Positions 18,328 through 26,546 of a DNA stretch of 64,000 nucleotides are shown here, one piece after another; the stretch's first letter is position 1; every line of letters starts with the position of its first letter. The translations under genes were made by a program, and so were the position numbers. The DNA is from PVC group bacterium (GTDB lineage: Bacteria; Omnitrophota; Gorgyraeia; B26-G9). The DNA is taken from contig JAAEQR010000142.1 of the NCBI GenBank assembly GCA_024231215.1, positions 36,593 to 100,592 on the forward strand, given 5' to 3'. The notes below the pieces were generated by a model. That model had not been told where the DNA came from. It worked only from the letters and a program-made list of their open reading frames with translations, and searched no databases.

Positions 18328-18885
18328 ATGAATATTGCTAATTGGATTTCAATTTTTAGGATAATATTGATACCATTCTTTATCAGCGCAGTTGTCTATT
18401 ATAGCCCAGATAAAGATTATCTACGATATGTCGCATTAAGTATTTTTTTATTGGCCGTGATTAGCGATGGGATTGACGGATACATCGCTCGTACTAAAAA
18501 ACTGAAAACTGTACTAGGATCTTTTTTAGATCCTATGGCGGACAAGCTTTTGCTTAGCTCTAGCTTTATAACTTTATCTTTAGCAAATAATATTCCCTTG
18601 GAAATACGGCTTCCATTGTGGGTTCCTATTTTGTTTATTTCACGTGATATAATTTTAATGTTAGGTTCCTTTTTAATACATGTTATAACCGGAAAACTAA
18701 CAATATCCCCTAGTATTTTGGGGAAACTTACAACATTATTTCAAATGGCTACAATAATATTTATTTTATTACAGCTGCCTTTTTCTTTTTGGATATGGAA
18801 CACTGCTGTTTTTTTTACAGTTGTGTCCTGTTTTGATTATATTCTTAAAGGTAATAAACAACTTAACAACAATCTACATTCTTAA
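18328..18885 (+). CDS. pgsA: CDP-alcohol phosphatidyltransferase (CDP-diacylglycerol--glycerol-3-phosphate 3-phosphatidyltransferase-like)
   Basis: DGIDGYIARTKK...FLDPMADKLL matches the CDP-OH phosphatidyltransferase motif DG(x2)AR(x8)G(x3)D(x3)D. Multiple TM helices. Confidence 0.8.
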   Translation: MNIANWISIFRIILIPFFISAVVYYSPDKDYLRYVALSIFLLAVISDGIDGYIARTKKLKTVLGSFLDPMADKLLLSSSFITLSLANNIPLEIRLPLWVPILFISRDIILMLGSFLIHVITGKLTISPSILGKLTTLFQMATIIFILLQLPFSFWIWNTAVFFTVVSCFDYILKGNKQLNNNLHS

Positions 18886-18893
18886 TAAAAATT

Positions 18894-20219
18894 ATGGAAA
18901 AAGAAAATATAGTTGCTATAATCGGCCGACCAAATGTAGGGAAGTCTTGTTTATTTAATCGGATAGTAGGTAAGCGACAGGCTATTGTAGAATCAACGAG
19001 TGGAATTACTCGAGATCGGGTATTCTCACACGTCTCGTGGAATGAAAAAAGTTTTATGCTCGTAGATACAGGTGGGCTGCATTTTGAAGAAACCGATAGC
19101 ATAACTACTTCGGTTGTTACCCAAACTCAAAAAGCAATAACGTCAGCAGATATCGTTCTTTTTGTTGTGGACTCAAAAAGCGGGTTAGTTGCTCTGGATA
19201 TTGAACTGGCATCGTTTTTGAGAAGATTTGATAAAAAAATAATCTTGGTTATAAATAAAGTTGATAATATCTCCCGGGTTGAAGACCATAGTGAATTCTA
19301 TGAACTGGGATTTTCCGATGTCTGTTTTGTTTCAGCGTTGCATAATATCAATATTGATGAACTCTTAGATGAAGTTGTTTTACGTTTAAACCCCGAAGGT
19401 AGCGCAGCATCTGATCCGGAAGTTAAATTTAAAATTGCTTTGATTGGCCGGCCAAATGTCGGAAAATCATCATTTTTAAATGGTCTTTTAAAAGAAGAAC
19501 GGGTGATCGTTCATGATGCACCAGGAACAACAAGAGATACTATAGATACTATTTTGGAAGTAAATGGTGAAAAACTGATCTTGATTGATACTGCCGGGAT
19601 TCGAAAGGGGAGCAAAACTAAAGAAAGCATAGATGTATATTCCCGCTCAAGGACTATCCAAGCTATTAAACGATCGGATATCTGCCTTGTCCTTGTAGAT
19701 GCAAAGCAGGGGATTCTAACGGATGACCTGCATACATTTAGTTTAGTCCAAGAAGAAAAAAAATGTTGTGTTATAGCTATAAATAAGATGGACCTAGTAG
19801 ATATAAAATTAAAAGATTGTGAGCATACAATCTCTCAAAAAGCAGCGTTTATGCGTTTTGCTTTTAGCATGCTTTGTTCGGCCAAAGAATGCAAAAACCT
19901 ATATGCGGCTATTACACATGCTCAGCACGCTTGGGTTAATCGAAAACGAAAGATATCACAGAATTCACTAATGAATACTTTGAAGATGATAAATGAACAT
20001 AAAAAAAGTGTTAGTGTTCGTGGTGGGAGATTAAAACTCAATTATCTTACACAAGTCAAGGCCGGACATCCTACATTTGTACTGATCGTAAATAATCCAG
20101 ATATTGCCAGTAAGCCATTTTTAAGATACATCGAGGGTGTTTTGCGAAAAGAATATGATTTTCAGGGATCACCAATTACGATTCATGTAAGAAAGAAAGT
20201 TAGAAGAAAGCAAGAATAA
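18894..20219 (+). CDS. der: Ribosome-associated GTPase Der/EngA
   Basis: Two tandem G domains: IIGRPNVGKSCLFNRI and LIGRPNVGKSSFLNGL. C-terminal KH-like domain. Confidence 0.9.
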   Translation: MEKENIVAIIGRPNVGKSCLFNRIVGKRQAIVESTSGITRDRVFSHVSWNEKSFMLVDTGGLHFEETDSITTSVVTQTQKAITSADIVLFVVDSKSGLVALDIELASFLRRFDKKIILVINKVDNISRVEDHSEFYELGFSDVCFVSALHNINIDELLDEVVLRLNPEGSAASDPEVKFKIALIGRPNVGKSSFLNGLLKEERVIVHDAPGTTRDTIDTILEVNGEKLILIDTAGIRKGSKTKESIDVYSRSRTIQAIKRSDICLVLVDAKQGILTDDLHTFSLVQEEKKCCVIAINKMDLVDIKLKDCEHTISQKAAFMRFAFSMLCSAKECKNLYAAITHAQHAWVNRKRKISQNSLMNTLKMINEHKKSVSVRGGRLKLNYLTQVKAGHPTFVLIVNNPDIASKPFLRYIEGVLRKEYDFQGSPITIHVRKKVRRKQE

Positions 20220-20231
20220 AAGGATTAACTA

Positions 20232-20843
20232 ATGATAAAATTACTGACCGGTATAATTTTTAGTTATTTATGCGGCGCTATTCCCGCTGCATATATTGCC
20301 GCAAAGTTCTTAAAAGGCGTTGATATTCGGGAATATGGTAGCGGAAATGTAGGAGCTACCAACGCATTGCGTACTTTGGGAAAATTACCCGGGATACTGG
20401 TACTACTTTTTGATATCTTAAAAGGAGTTTTTGCCGTAACAATCTTAAGCCGAATTTTCATGCCGGAAAGCGGTTTCTCCATAGAACTGGTAAAAGCTGT
20501 TTTGGGTGTCAGTGTGGTTTCAGGACATGTATTTAATGTCTTTCTGAGGATGAAAGGCGGTAAAGGGGTTGCAACAAGTGCTGGTGTTTTGCTCGGCTTA
20601 GCTCCAACCTCAATCCTTATGGGAGCAATCATATTTTTTATAACAGTTGGGGTAACCAGATATGTTTCTTTGGGATCTATACTTTCAAGCATAGGTATAC
20701 CCTTTTATATGTTTTTATCCGGGGAGCATTACAGTTATGTCATTGCAAGTGCCTTATTATGTATTCTTATTGTTGCCAAGCATAAATCGAATATAAAAAG
20801 ATTAATAACCCGAAGTGAACGAAAGGTTTTTAATAAAAAATGA
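20232..20843 (+). CDS. plsY: Glycerol-3-phosphate acyltransferase PlsY
   Basis: GSGNVGATNALRTLG motif. Polytopic membrane protein. Confidence 0.9.
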   Translation: MIKLLTGIIFSYLCGAIPAAYIAAKFLKGVDIREYGSGNVGATNALRTLGKLPGILVLLFDILKGVFAVTILSRIFMPESGFSIELVKAVLGVSVVSGHVFNVFLRMKGGKGVATSAGVLLGLAPTSILMGAIIFFITVGVTRYVSLGSILSSIGIPFYMFLSGEHYSYVIASALLCILIVAKHKSNIKRLITRSERKVFNKK

Positions 20844-21829
20844 ATATATCAATAATCGGTGACGGAGGTTGGGGAACAGCACTTGCTTTACTTTTGACAC
20901 GCAAAGGGTTTAAAGTAATGGTATGGGGAGCGTTCCCTGAGTATACAAATCTTTTAACCAAAAAAAGAGAAAATGTGAAATTTTTACCCGGCATAAAAAT
21001 TCCTAAACAAGTATTGTTTACCAATGATTTGAAACTTGTTTTGAATAAACCTAATCTTGTTATCCTAGCTGTTCCTTCTAAATATTTAAAAAATGTTTTA
21101 AAAAAAATAAAACGTTTTAAAATAGCTAAATTTGATTTTTTGACTGTTGTTAAAGGCATTGATGAGACAACTAAGCTGCGTATGTCGCAAATTATACGAC
21201 AAGAATTAGGCAATGTTTCCTTAGCTGTACTATCCGGACCTAATATTGCAACAGAGGTTGCTCGGGGAATTCCTTCTGCTTCGGTCTGTAGTTCTAGAAA
21301 TAAACGGTTATCTGCTAAAGTACAGGATATTTTTATGTCTAAGTTCTTTCGTGTTTATACTAATACTGATGTTGCCGGAGTAGAATTAGGGGGAGCTTTG
21401 AAAAATATCATTGCTATTGCCTGTGGAATTTCCGACGGGTTAGGATTCGGCACCAATACTAAAGCGGCATTACTAACGCGGGGGCTTGCTGAAATTTCTC
21501 GGTTAGGAGTCTCTATGGGGGCGAAATCTTCGACCTTTAGCGGACTCTCAGGAATGGGCGATTTAGTAACGACCTGTCTGAGTCAAAAAAGTCGCAATCG
21601 CTGGCTGGGAGAAGAATTAGGAAAGGGAAGAAAACTAAAAACAATACTCAAACAAACAGAGATGGTTGTAGAGGGGGTAACTACAACAAAATCCGCGCTC
21701 AAAACAGCGAAACATTATAAGGTTGAGATGCCTATAACCAGAGAGGTATATAAAGTCCTTTTTCAGGGTAAAGATCCACGTACTGCAGTTCAATCGTTAA
21801 TGGTTAGAAAAAAAAGACAAGAAGGATAA
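20840..21829 (+). CDS. gpsA: NAD(P)H-dependent glycerol-3-phosphate dehydrogenase
   Basis: MNISIIGDGGWGTALALLL Rossmann N-terminus with the GpsA fold. ATGA overlap with plsY. Confidence 0.9.
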   Translation: MNISIIGDGGWGTALALLLTRKGFKVMVWGAFPEYTNLLTKKRENVKFLPGIKIPKQVLFTNDLKLVLNKPNLVILAVPSKYLKNVLKKIKRFKIAKFDFLTVVKGIDETTKLRMSQIIRQELGNVSLAVLSGPNIATEVARGIPSASVCSSRNKRLSAKVQDIFMSKFFRVYTNTDVAGVELGGALKNIIAIACGISDGLGFGTNTKAALLTRGLAEISRLGVSMGAKSSTFSGLSGMGDLVTTCLSQKSRNRWLGEELGKGRKLKTILKQTEMVVEGVTTTKSALKTAKHYKVEMPITREVYKVLFQGKDPRTAVQSLMVRKKRQEG

Positions 21830-21905
21830 TCGGGTTATTTCACTTGAAATTAAATGGATTTTATTATAACCTATAGTAGATTATTAGAGATATACATATT
21901 TATAT

Positions 21906-21983
21906 CGGGGCGTGGCGCAGTTTGGCTAGCGCGCTTGAATGGGGTTCAAGAGGTCGGTGGTTCAAGTCCACTCGCCCCGACCA
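21906..21983 (+). tRNA. tRNA-Pro (anticodon GGG), CCA encoded
   Basis: Cloverleaf: acceptor stem CGGGGCG pairs with CGCCCCG. D-stem GCGC/GCGC. Anticodon stem CTTGA/TCAAG with loop ATGGGGT, giving anticodon GGG and G37. T-arm GGTGG-TTCAAGT-CCACT. Discriminator A followed by CCA. Confidence 0.85.
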
Positions 21984-22021
21984 TTTTAATATAATTGTAG
22001 CTATACAGATAGGAATTGATT

Positions 22022-22474
22022 ATGGACGAAAATATACATTATCATCCTAAGGGAGAAGATACGGGAGAACGACGCAAGTTTTTACGTATCAACGCTAATT
22101 TTGTGGTTAGCTATCATGAACATCCGGGAAAAGTCAACAATACTGATATGACCTTAACTCGCAATATTAGTTTAGGCGGGATTTGTTTTACAAGTGACAA
22201 AGACTTTGAACTCGGGGCTATTTTAAAGATCATTTTGCGTTTGCCAAAAGTAACAAAACAAATAGAATTCTTAGGAGCAGTAGTTTCTACTAAGCAAGAA
22301 AATGGTAAAAATTCCATATTTGACATCGGGGTGAAATTTGTGGAAGCAGAGGAAGAAGACCTTTATATTTTGCAAAACATACTTAAAGAATGTGCTTCTT
22401 CTGGTAATAAAAATAATTTAATTATAAGTATAGAAGAAAAATCAGAAAAAGAAAAAAAAGATGAAGATAGTTAA
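22022..22474 (+). CDS. PilZ domain protein (c-di-GMP binding)
   Basis: RRKFLR is the RxxxR motif and NISLGGICF is the D/NxSxGG motif. A Lys/Glu-rich C-terminal tail. The ATG at 22022 is preferred. The track start is a TTG at 22016. Confidence 0.8.
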   Translation: MDENIHYHPKGEDTGERRKFLRINANFVVSYHEHPGKVNNTDMTLTRNISLGGICFTSDKDFELGAILKIILRLPKVTKQIEFLGAVVSTKQENGKNSIFDIGVKFVEAEEEDLYILQNILKECASSGNKNNLIISIEEKSEKEKKDEDS

Positions 22475-23756
22475 TATTGGATTAATTGGTTTTGGGACTA
22501 TTGGGGCTGGAGTGGTAAAAGTATTAAAAAAGAAAACAACCACTTTACAAAAAAAGCGGGGCATAAAATTACAGTTGAAGTATGTCTGTGATCAGGACAT
22601 TTCAACTTCACGTGGGATCAGTGTAGATAAAAAAATATTAACCACTGATGTTGAAAAGGTGTTAAATGATCCGAATATAGATATTGTAATTGAATTAATC
22701 GGCGGCATTCATCCAGCCAAAGAGTTTATCCTAAAAGCAATAAAAAACAAAAAACATGTGGTTACTGCAAATAAAGCTCTCTTAGCAGAACATGGAGGGG
22801 AAATATTCGATGCCGCAGCTAAAAACAATGTAGAGATCTATTTCGAAGCAAGTGTAGGTGGAGCAATCCCCATAATAAAATCTCTAAGAGAAGGATTAGT
22901 AGCTAATCAAGTACAAAATATTTTTGGTATTATTAACGGCACTTCAAATTATATCCTCTCTCAAATGTCGTTGAAAGGCTGTGATTTTAAAACCGCACTT
23001 AGGGAAGCTCAGGATAGAGGATATGCTGAAAAAGACCCGCGTTTAGATATTAACGGAATGGATTCAGCCCATAAAATAGCGATTTTAACAAAACTCTGTT
23101 TTAGTAAAAAAGTTGATTTTAAAAACATCTATGTTGAAGGAATTGATGAAGTTGGCCTTCAAGATATAAAATATGCAGATGACTTAGGCTATTGCATTAA
23201 ACTCCTGGCTATTGCCAAAAAATCAGGTGATGAATTTGAAATTCGGGTACATCCAACTCTTCTGCCTAAAAAACATTTATTATCAAGCGTTAACGGAGTA
23301 TTTAATGCCATATTCATTAATAGTGATTTTGCCGGAGATATGCTTTTATACGGGCAAGGCGCAGGACAACTTCCTACCGCAAGTGCGGTTGTCAGTGATT
23401 TACTTGAAATTGCTAATAAAATCGATAATCCTAATTCAATAAGTTTTTCAAATATGGATAGGGAAGTACCTTTGAGAAAAATGCGATCTATAGACAATGT
23501 AGAAACTCGTTATTATCTTAGATTTTCCGCACTTGATGAACCTGGTGTTTTATCTAAAATAGCTCAAATCTTAGGAAAACAAAATATTAGCATATACAGT
23601 GTTATTCAAAAAGGCCGACGACAGGCTCAAGCAGTATCAATAGTAATGATGATTCATGAAGCAAAAGAAAAGAATCTTCGCAGGGCTTTAGCCCAACTTG
23701 ATAAGCTGCCAATAATAAAAAGAAAAACCATCGCAATCCGTGTAGAAAGAGGCTAG
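22461..23756 (+). CDS. hom: Homoserine dehydrogenase
   Basis: N-terminal NAD-binding IGLIGFGTIGAGV, a central catalytic domain and a C-terminal ACT domain. Confidence 0.9.
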   Translation: MKIVNIGLIGFGTIGAGVVKVLKKKTTTLQKKRGIKLQLKYVCDQDISTSRGISVDKKILTTDVEKVLNDPNIDIVIELIGGIHPAKEFILKAIKNKKHVVTANKALLAEHGGEIFDAAAKNNVEIYFEASVGGAIPIIKSLREGLVANQVQNIFGIINGTSNYILSQMSLKGCDFKTALREAQDRGYAEKDPRLDINGMDSAHKIAILTKLCFSKKVDFKNIYVEGIDEVGLQDIKYADDLGYCIKLLAIAKKSGDEFEIRVHPTLLPKKHLLSSVNGVFNAIFINSDFAGDMLLYGQGAGQLPTASAVVSDLLEIANKIDNPNSISFSNMDREVPLRKMRSIDNVETRYYLRFSALDEPGVLSKIAQILGKQNISIYSVIQKGRRQAQAVSIVMMIHEAKEKNLRRALAQLDKLPIIKRKTIAIRVERG

Positions 23757-23763
23757 AGAGAAT

Positions 23764-24828
23764 ATGAAGTGGCAGGGATTAATTAATAAATATAAAGAAT
23801 ATTTACCGGTTAGCAACAAAACACCGATTGTAAGTTTAAACGAAGGAAATACCCCGCTAATTTTCGCTCCGCATATAAGCAGTCTTATCGGTGAAAAAAT
23901 TAAAGTTTTTCTAAAATACGAAGGTTTGAATCCCACTGGATCTTTTAAAGACAGAGGGATGACCATGGCAATTTCTAAGGCATTAGAAGATGGTGCACAT
24001 GCGGTAATGTGTGCATCGACCGGAAATACTTCTGCATCTGCTGCTGCATATAGCGCGCGTGCCGGACTCAAATGCATAGTTTTAATTCCCAAGGGAGCAA
24101 TTGCTCTGGGAAAGTTAGCACAAGCACTTATCCATAAAGCTCATGTAATTGCTATTGACGGTAATTTTGACGATGCCTTGACCTTGGTAAAAGAAATAAC
24201 CAATAAATATCCTGTAACATTAGTCAATTCACTAAACCCCTATCGTATTGAAGGACAAACAACCGGGGCATATGAGGTCTGTGATCAATTAGGCAGCCCT
24301 CCTGATATTCTATCTATCCCGGTAGGGAATGCCGGAAACATTACTGCTTATTGGAAAGGGTTTAAACGTTATCAGGAGGCTGGAAAAATAGAATCATTGC
24401 CTAAAATGTTAGGTTTTCAGGCCGCAGGAGCCGCGCCGATTGTTAATAAGAAAATAATCGAAGATCCTAAAACTATTGCCACGGCCATAAAAATAGGTAA
24501 TCCTGCTAGCTGGCAATCTGCTGAAGCTGCGCGTGATGAATCTAACGGGCTAATTGATTCAGTAACAGATGAAGAAATTTTAAACGCTTACAAAATACTT
24601 TCAAGCAAAGAAGGCGTATTTGTAGAACCAGCATCTGCGGCTTCTGTGGCGGGAATATTAAAGCTTGCCCAAAACAATTACTTCACTGAAAATGACGAAT
24701 ATAATATTGTTTGCGTACTTACCGGGCACGGATTAAAAGATCCTGACCGGGCGATTAAAAGTATTGAGGAACCGGTAATCATTCCGGCTAAAGTCGAATC
24801 GGTATTAAAGGAAATAGGTTTTGAATAA
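23764..24828 (+). CDS. thrC: Threonine synthase
   Basis: PLP-lysine motif NPTGSFKDRGM and SLNEGNTPLI. Confidence 0.9.
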   Translation: MKWQGLINKYKEYLPVSNKTPIVSLNEGNTPLIFAPHISSLIGEKIKVFLKYEGLNPTGSFKDRGMTMAISKALEDGAHAVMCASTGNTSASAAAYSARAGLKCIVLIPKGAIALGKLAQALIHKAHVIAIDGNFDDALTLVKEITNKYPVTLVNSLNPYRIEGQTTGAYEVCDQLGSPPDILSIPVGNAGNITAYWKGFKRYQEAGKIESLPKMLGFQAAGAAPIVNKKIIEDPKTIATAIKIGNPASWQSAEAARDESNGLIDSVTDEEILNAYKILSSKEGVFVEPASAASVAGILKLAQNNYFTENDEYNIVCVLTGHGLKDPDRAIKSIEEPVIIPAKVESVLKEIGFE

Positions 24829-24830
24829 CC

Positions 24831-26048
24831 ATGAAAAAAGCTGCAAAGAAATTCATAGTATTGGTAGCCGACGGGATGGCTGACTATCCTTTAGATGAGC
24901 TTGGAAATAGAACCCCATTAGAAGTTGCCAGAACTCCAAACATGGACTATCTGGCGAAAAACGGAAAAATTGGACAGGCCCAGTTTGTTCCAGAAGGGAT
25001 GGTTCCCGGAAGTGATGTTGCAAACTTATCTATATTTGGCTATGATCCCAAACAATATTATTGTGGACGAGGGCCTTTGGAAGCCACAAATTTAGGTGTC
25101 CATTTAAACGAAGATGAAGTAGCCTTCCGCTGTAACTTTATTACAATTGAAAATGATATCTTGGTTGATTATAGTGCCGGACATATCTCGACAAAAGAAG
25201 CCACGGTTTTAATTAAGTTCCTTAACAGCAAATTATCTGACCAAATCATTCGTTTTCACCCGGGTATTAGCTATCGACATCTAATGATCATAAAAGGAAA
25301 CATCAAAGAATTGATGAATCTTTCCTGTGTTCCACCACATAATATCATGGGTAAAAAATTTTCCGAGCATTTACCAAAAGGTTCAGGTAATCAGCCTATC
25401 TTAGATATCATGAAAAAATCACAAGAAATATTGTGTCTTCACGATATCAATCAAGTACGCATAGACTTAAAAGAAAACCCAGCTAACATGATCTGGCTTT
25501 GGGGGCAAGGGAAAAAAATAGATTTTCCTTCTTTTAAAGAAAAGTATGGGCTTTCCGGATCGGTAATTTCTGCGGTTGATTTAATAAAAGGCATTGGCCG
25601 CTCTTTTGGATTAGATGCCATAAACGTACCCGGAGCAACGGGATATTATGATACTAATTATGAGGGCAAAGCAGAACATGCTGTAAAAAGTTTAGAAAAA
25701 AAAGATTTTGTATTTGTACACGTTGAAGCTCCGGATGAAGCTGGCCACAATGGAGATGTTAGAGCAAAAATCTCATCCATTGAAAACTTTGATCGATATG
25801 TAGTAGGAACGGTCTTATCAGCTTTTAAAGATACCCCCAACACTCGTATTCTAATTTCGCCGGATCACCCAACCCCGGTTGCTTTAAAAACGCACACTTC
25901 AGATCCTGTTTGTTTCTTAATGTATGGACAGGGAATTCAAAAAGATGAATTCGAAATCTATAACGAAACCACAGCAAAAAACAGTCAGATAATCTTCCAA
26001 AAAGGACATGAATTAATGGATATGTTTATCAAAGACGAAAATATCTAG
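24831..26048 (+). CDS. Cofactor-independent phosphoglycerate mutase (apgM) family protein. In this hom-thrC context, likely the proposed non-orthologous homoserine kinase.
   Basis: apgM-type N-terminus KFIVLVADGMADYPLDELGNRTPLEVARTPNMDYLA and a metalloenzyme domain VHVEAPDEAGHNGD. Immediately downstream of thrC, with 2 nt spacing. Confidence 0.75.
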   Translation: MKKAAKKFIVLVADGMADYPLDELGNRTPLEVARTPNMDYLAKNGKIGQAQFVPEGMVPGSDVANLSIFGYDPKQYYCGRGPLEATNLGVHLNEDEVAFRCNFITIENDILVDYSAGHISTKEATVLIKFLNSKLSDQIIRFHPGISYRHLMIIKGNIKELMNLSCVPPHNIMGKKFSEHLPKGSGNQPILDIMKKSQEILCLHDINQVRIDLKENPANMIWLWGQGKKIDFPSFKEKYGLSGSVISAVDLIKGIGRSFGLDAINVPGATGYYDTNYEGKAEHAVKSLEKKDFVFVHVEAPDEAGHNGDVRAKISSIENFDRYVVGTVLSAFKDTPNTRILISPDHPTPVALKTHTSDPVCFLMYGQGIQKDEFEIYNETTAKNSQIIFQKGHELMDMFIKDENI

Positions 26049-26146
26049 ATTCTTTTAAATCTGTCATAACTTCACGCAAATACACAACTAATTGGAAACA
26101 AATGCCTTACAAGTCAGTAGCACGTAATGTTTTTCCATACCTCGAC

Positions 26147-26175
26147 TTGACACACTAAAAAGGATATGATATACT
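26147..26175 (+). promoter_or_regulatory. Sigma70-type promoter (TTGACA-17 nt-TATACT) driving the riboswitch leader
   Basis: -35 TTGACA at 26147-26152, a 17-nt spacer, and -10 TATACT at 26170-26175. Confidence 0.5.
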
Positions 26176-26235
26176 TATTATAGGATTTAAAAAACATTTT
26201 AATTTGTTGCGGATAAATTAGTATTATTTGTATCC

Positions 26236-26325
26236 GAAAAGGCAAACCCTGAGAAATCAGGGGGCGCAAAGCTACGGGTCTGTTAGCAGATGCTATGATC
26301 GCCGGGCGCACCGATAACGTTCTAG
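26236..26325 (+). promoter_or_regulatory. Candidate cyclic-di-GMP-I (GEMM) riboswitch aptamer
   Basis: GGCAAACC, then hairpin CCCUGA-GAAA-UCAGGG with a GNRA loop, then GGGGCGCAAAGCUACGGGUCU. This closely parallels the conserved P2 region of the V. cholerae Vc2 aptamer (GGCAAACC..GAAA..GGGACGCAAAGCCUCCGGCCU). It is GC-rich relative to the flanks. Confidence 0.55.
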
Positions 26326-26337
26326 CAAGCTTATGAT

Positions 26338-26377
26338 AGCCGAGCTGCCGAAGTATACGCAGTTGCGGCTTTTTTTA
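26338..26377 (+). terminator. Intrinsic terminator, likely the riboswitch expression platform
   Basis: AGCCGAGCTGC-CGAAGTATAC-GCAGTTGCGGCT forms an 11-bp stem with one bulge, followed by T7. Confidence 0.5.
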
Positions 26378-26420
26378 TTCTAAACCTAATATATAAGGAA
26401 GGGAGGTGATAAGCATAGCC

Positions 26421-26546
26421 ATGAAAAAAATTCAAAAAAGGGATACACACATTATATTATTTATATTTTCTATATTATTATCTGAAACATCTATATTTTC
26501 TTTAACATATTATCTATTTATATATCAAATCAGGAGGCTAATATGA
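26421..26546 (+). CDS. Candidate 41-aa hydrophobic leader/uORF peptide, translationally coupled to the giant gene
   Basis: The ATG at 26421 gives MKKIQKRDTHIILFIFSILLSETSIFSLTYYLFIYQIRRLI. Its stop TGA overlaps the ATG of the downstream gene (ATGA at 26543-26546). The SD-like GGGAGGTGA is far from the start, about 11-14 nt. Not in the ORF track because it is under 60 aa. Confidence 0.25.
   Translation: MKKIQKRDTHIILFIFSILLSETSIFSLTYYLFIYQIRRLI

Noticed and set aside
20264-21213. Minus-strand ORFs inside plsY and gpsA
   Set aside because: Antisense to conserved genes. No independent signals.
26114-26311. Minus-strand 65-aa ORF in the intergenic region upstream of the giant gene
   Set aside because: Overlaps the candidate GEMM aptamer on the opposite strand and has no RBS. 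The region is better explained as a structured leader RNA.
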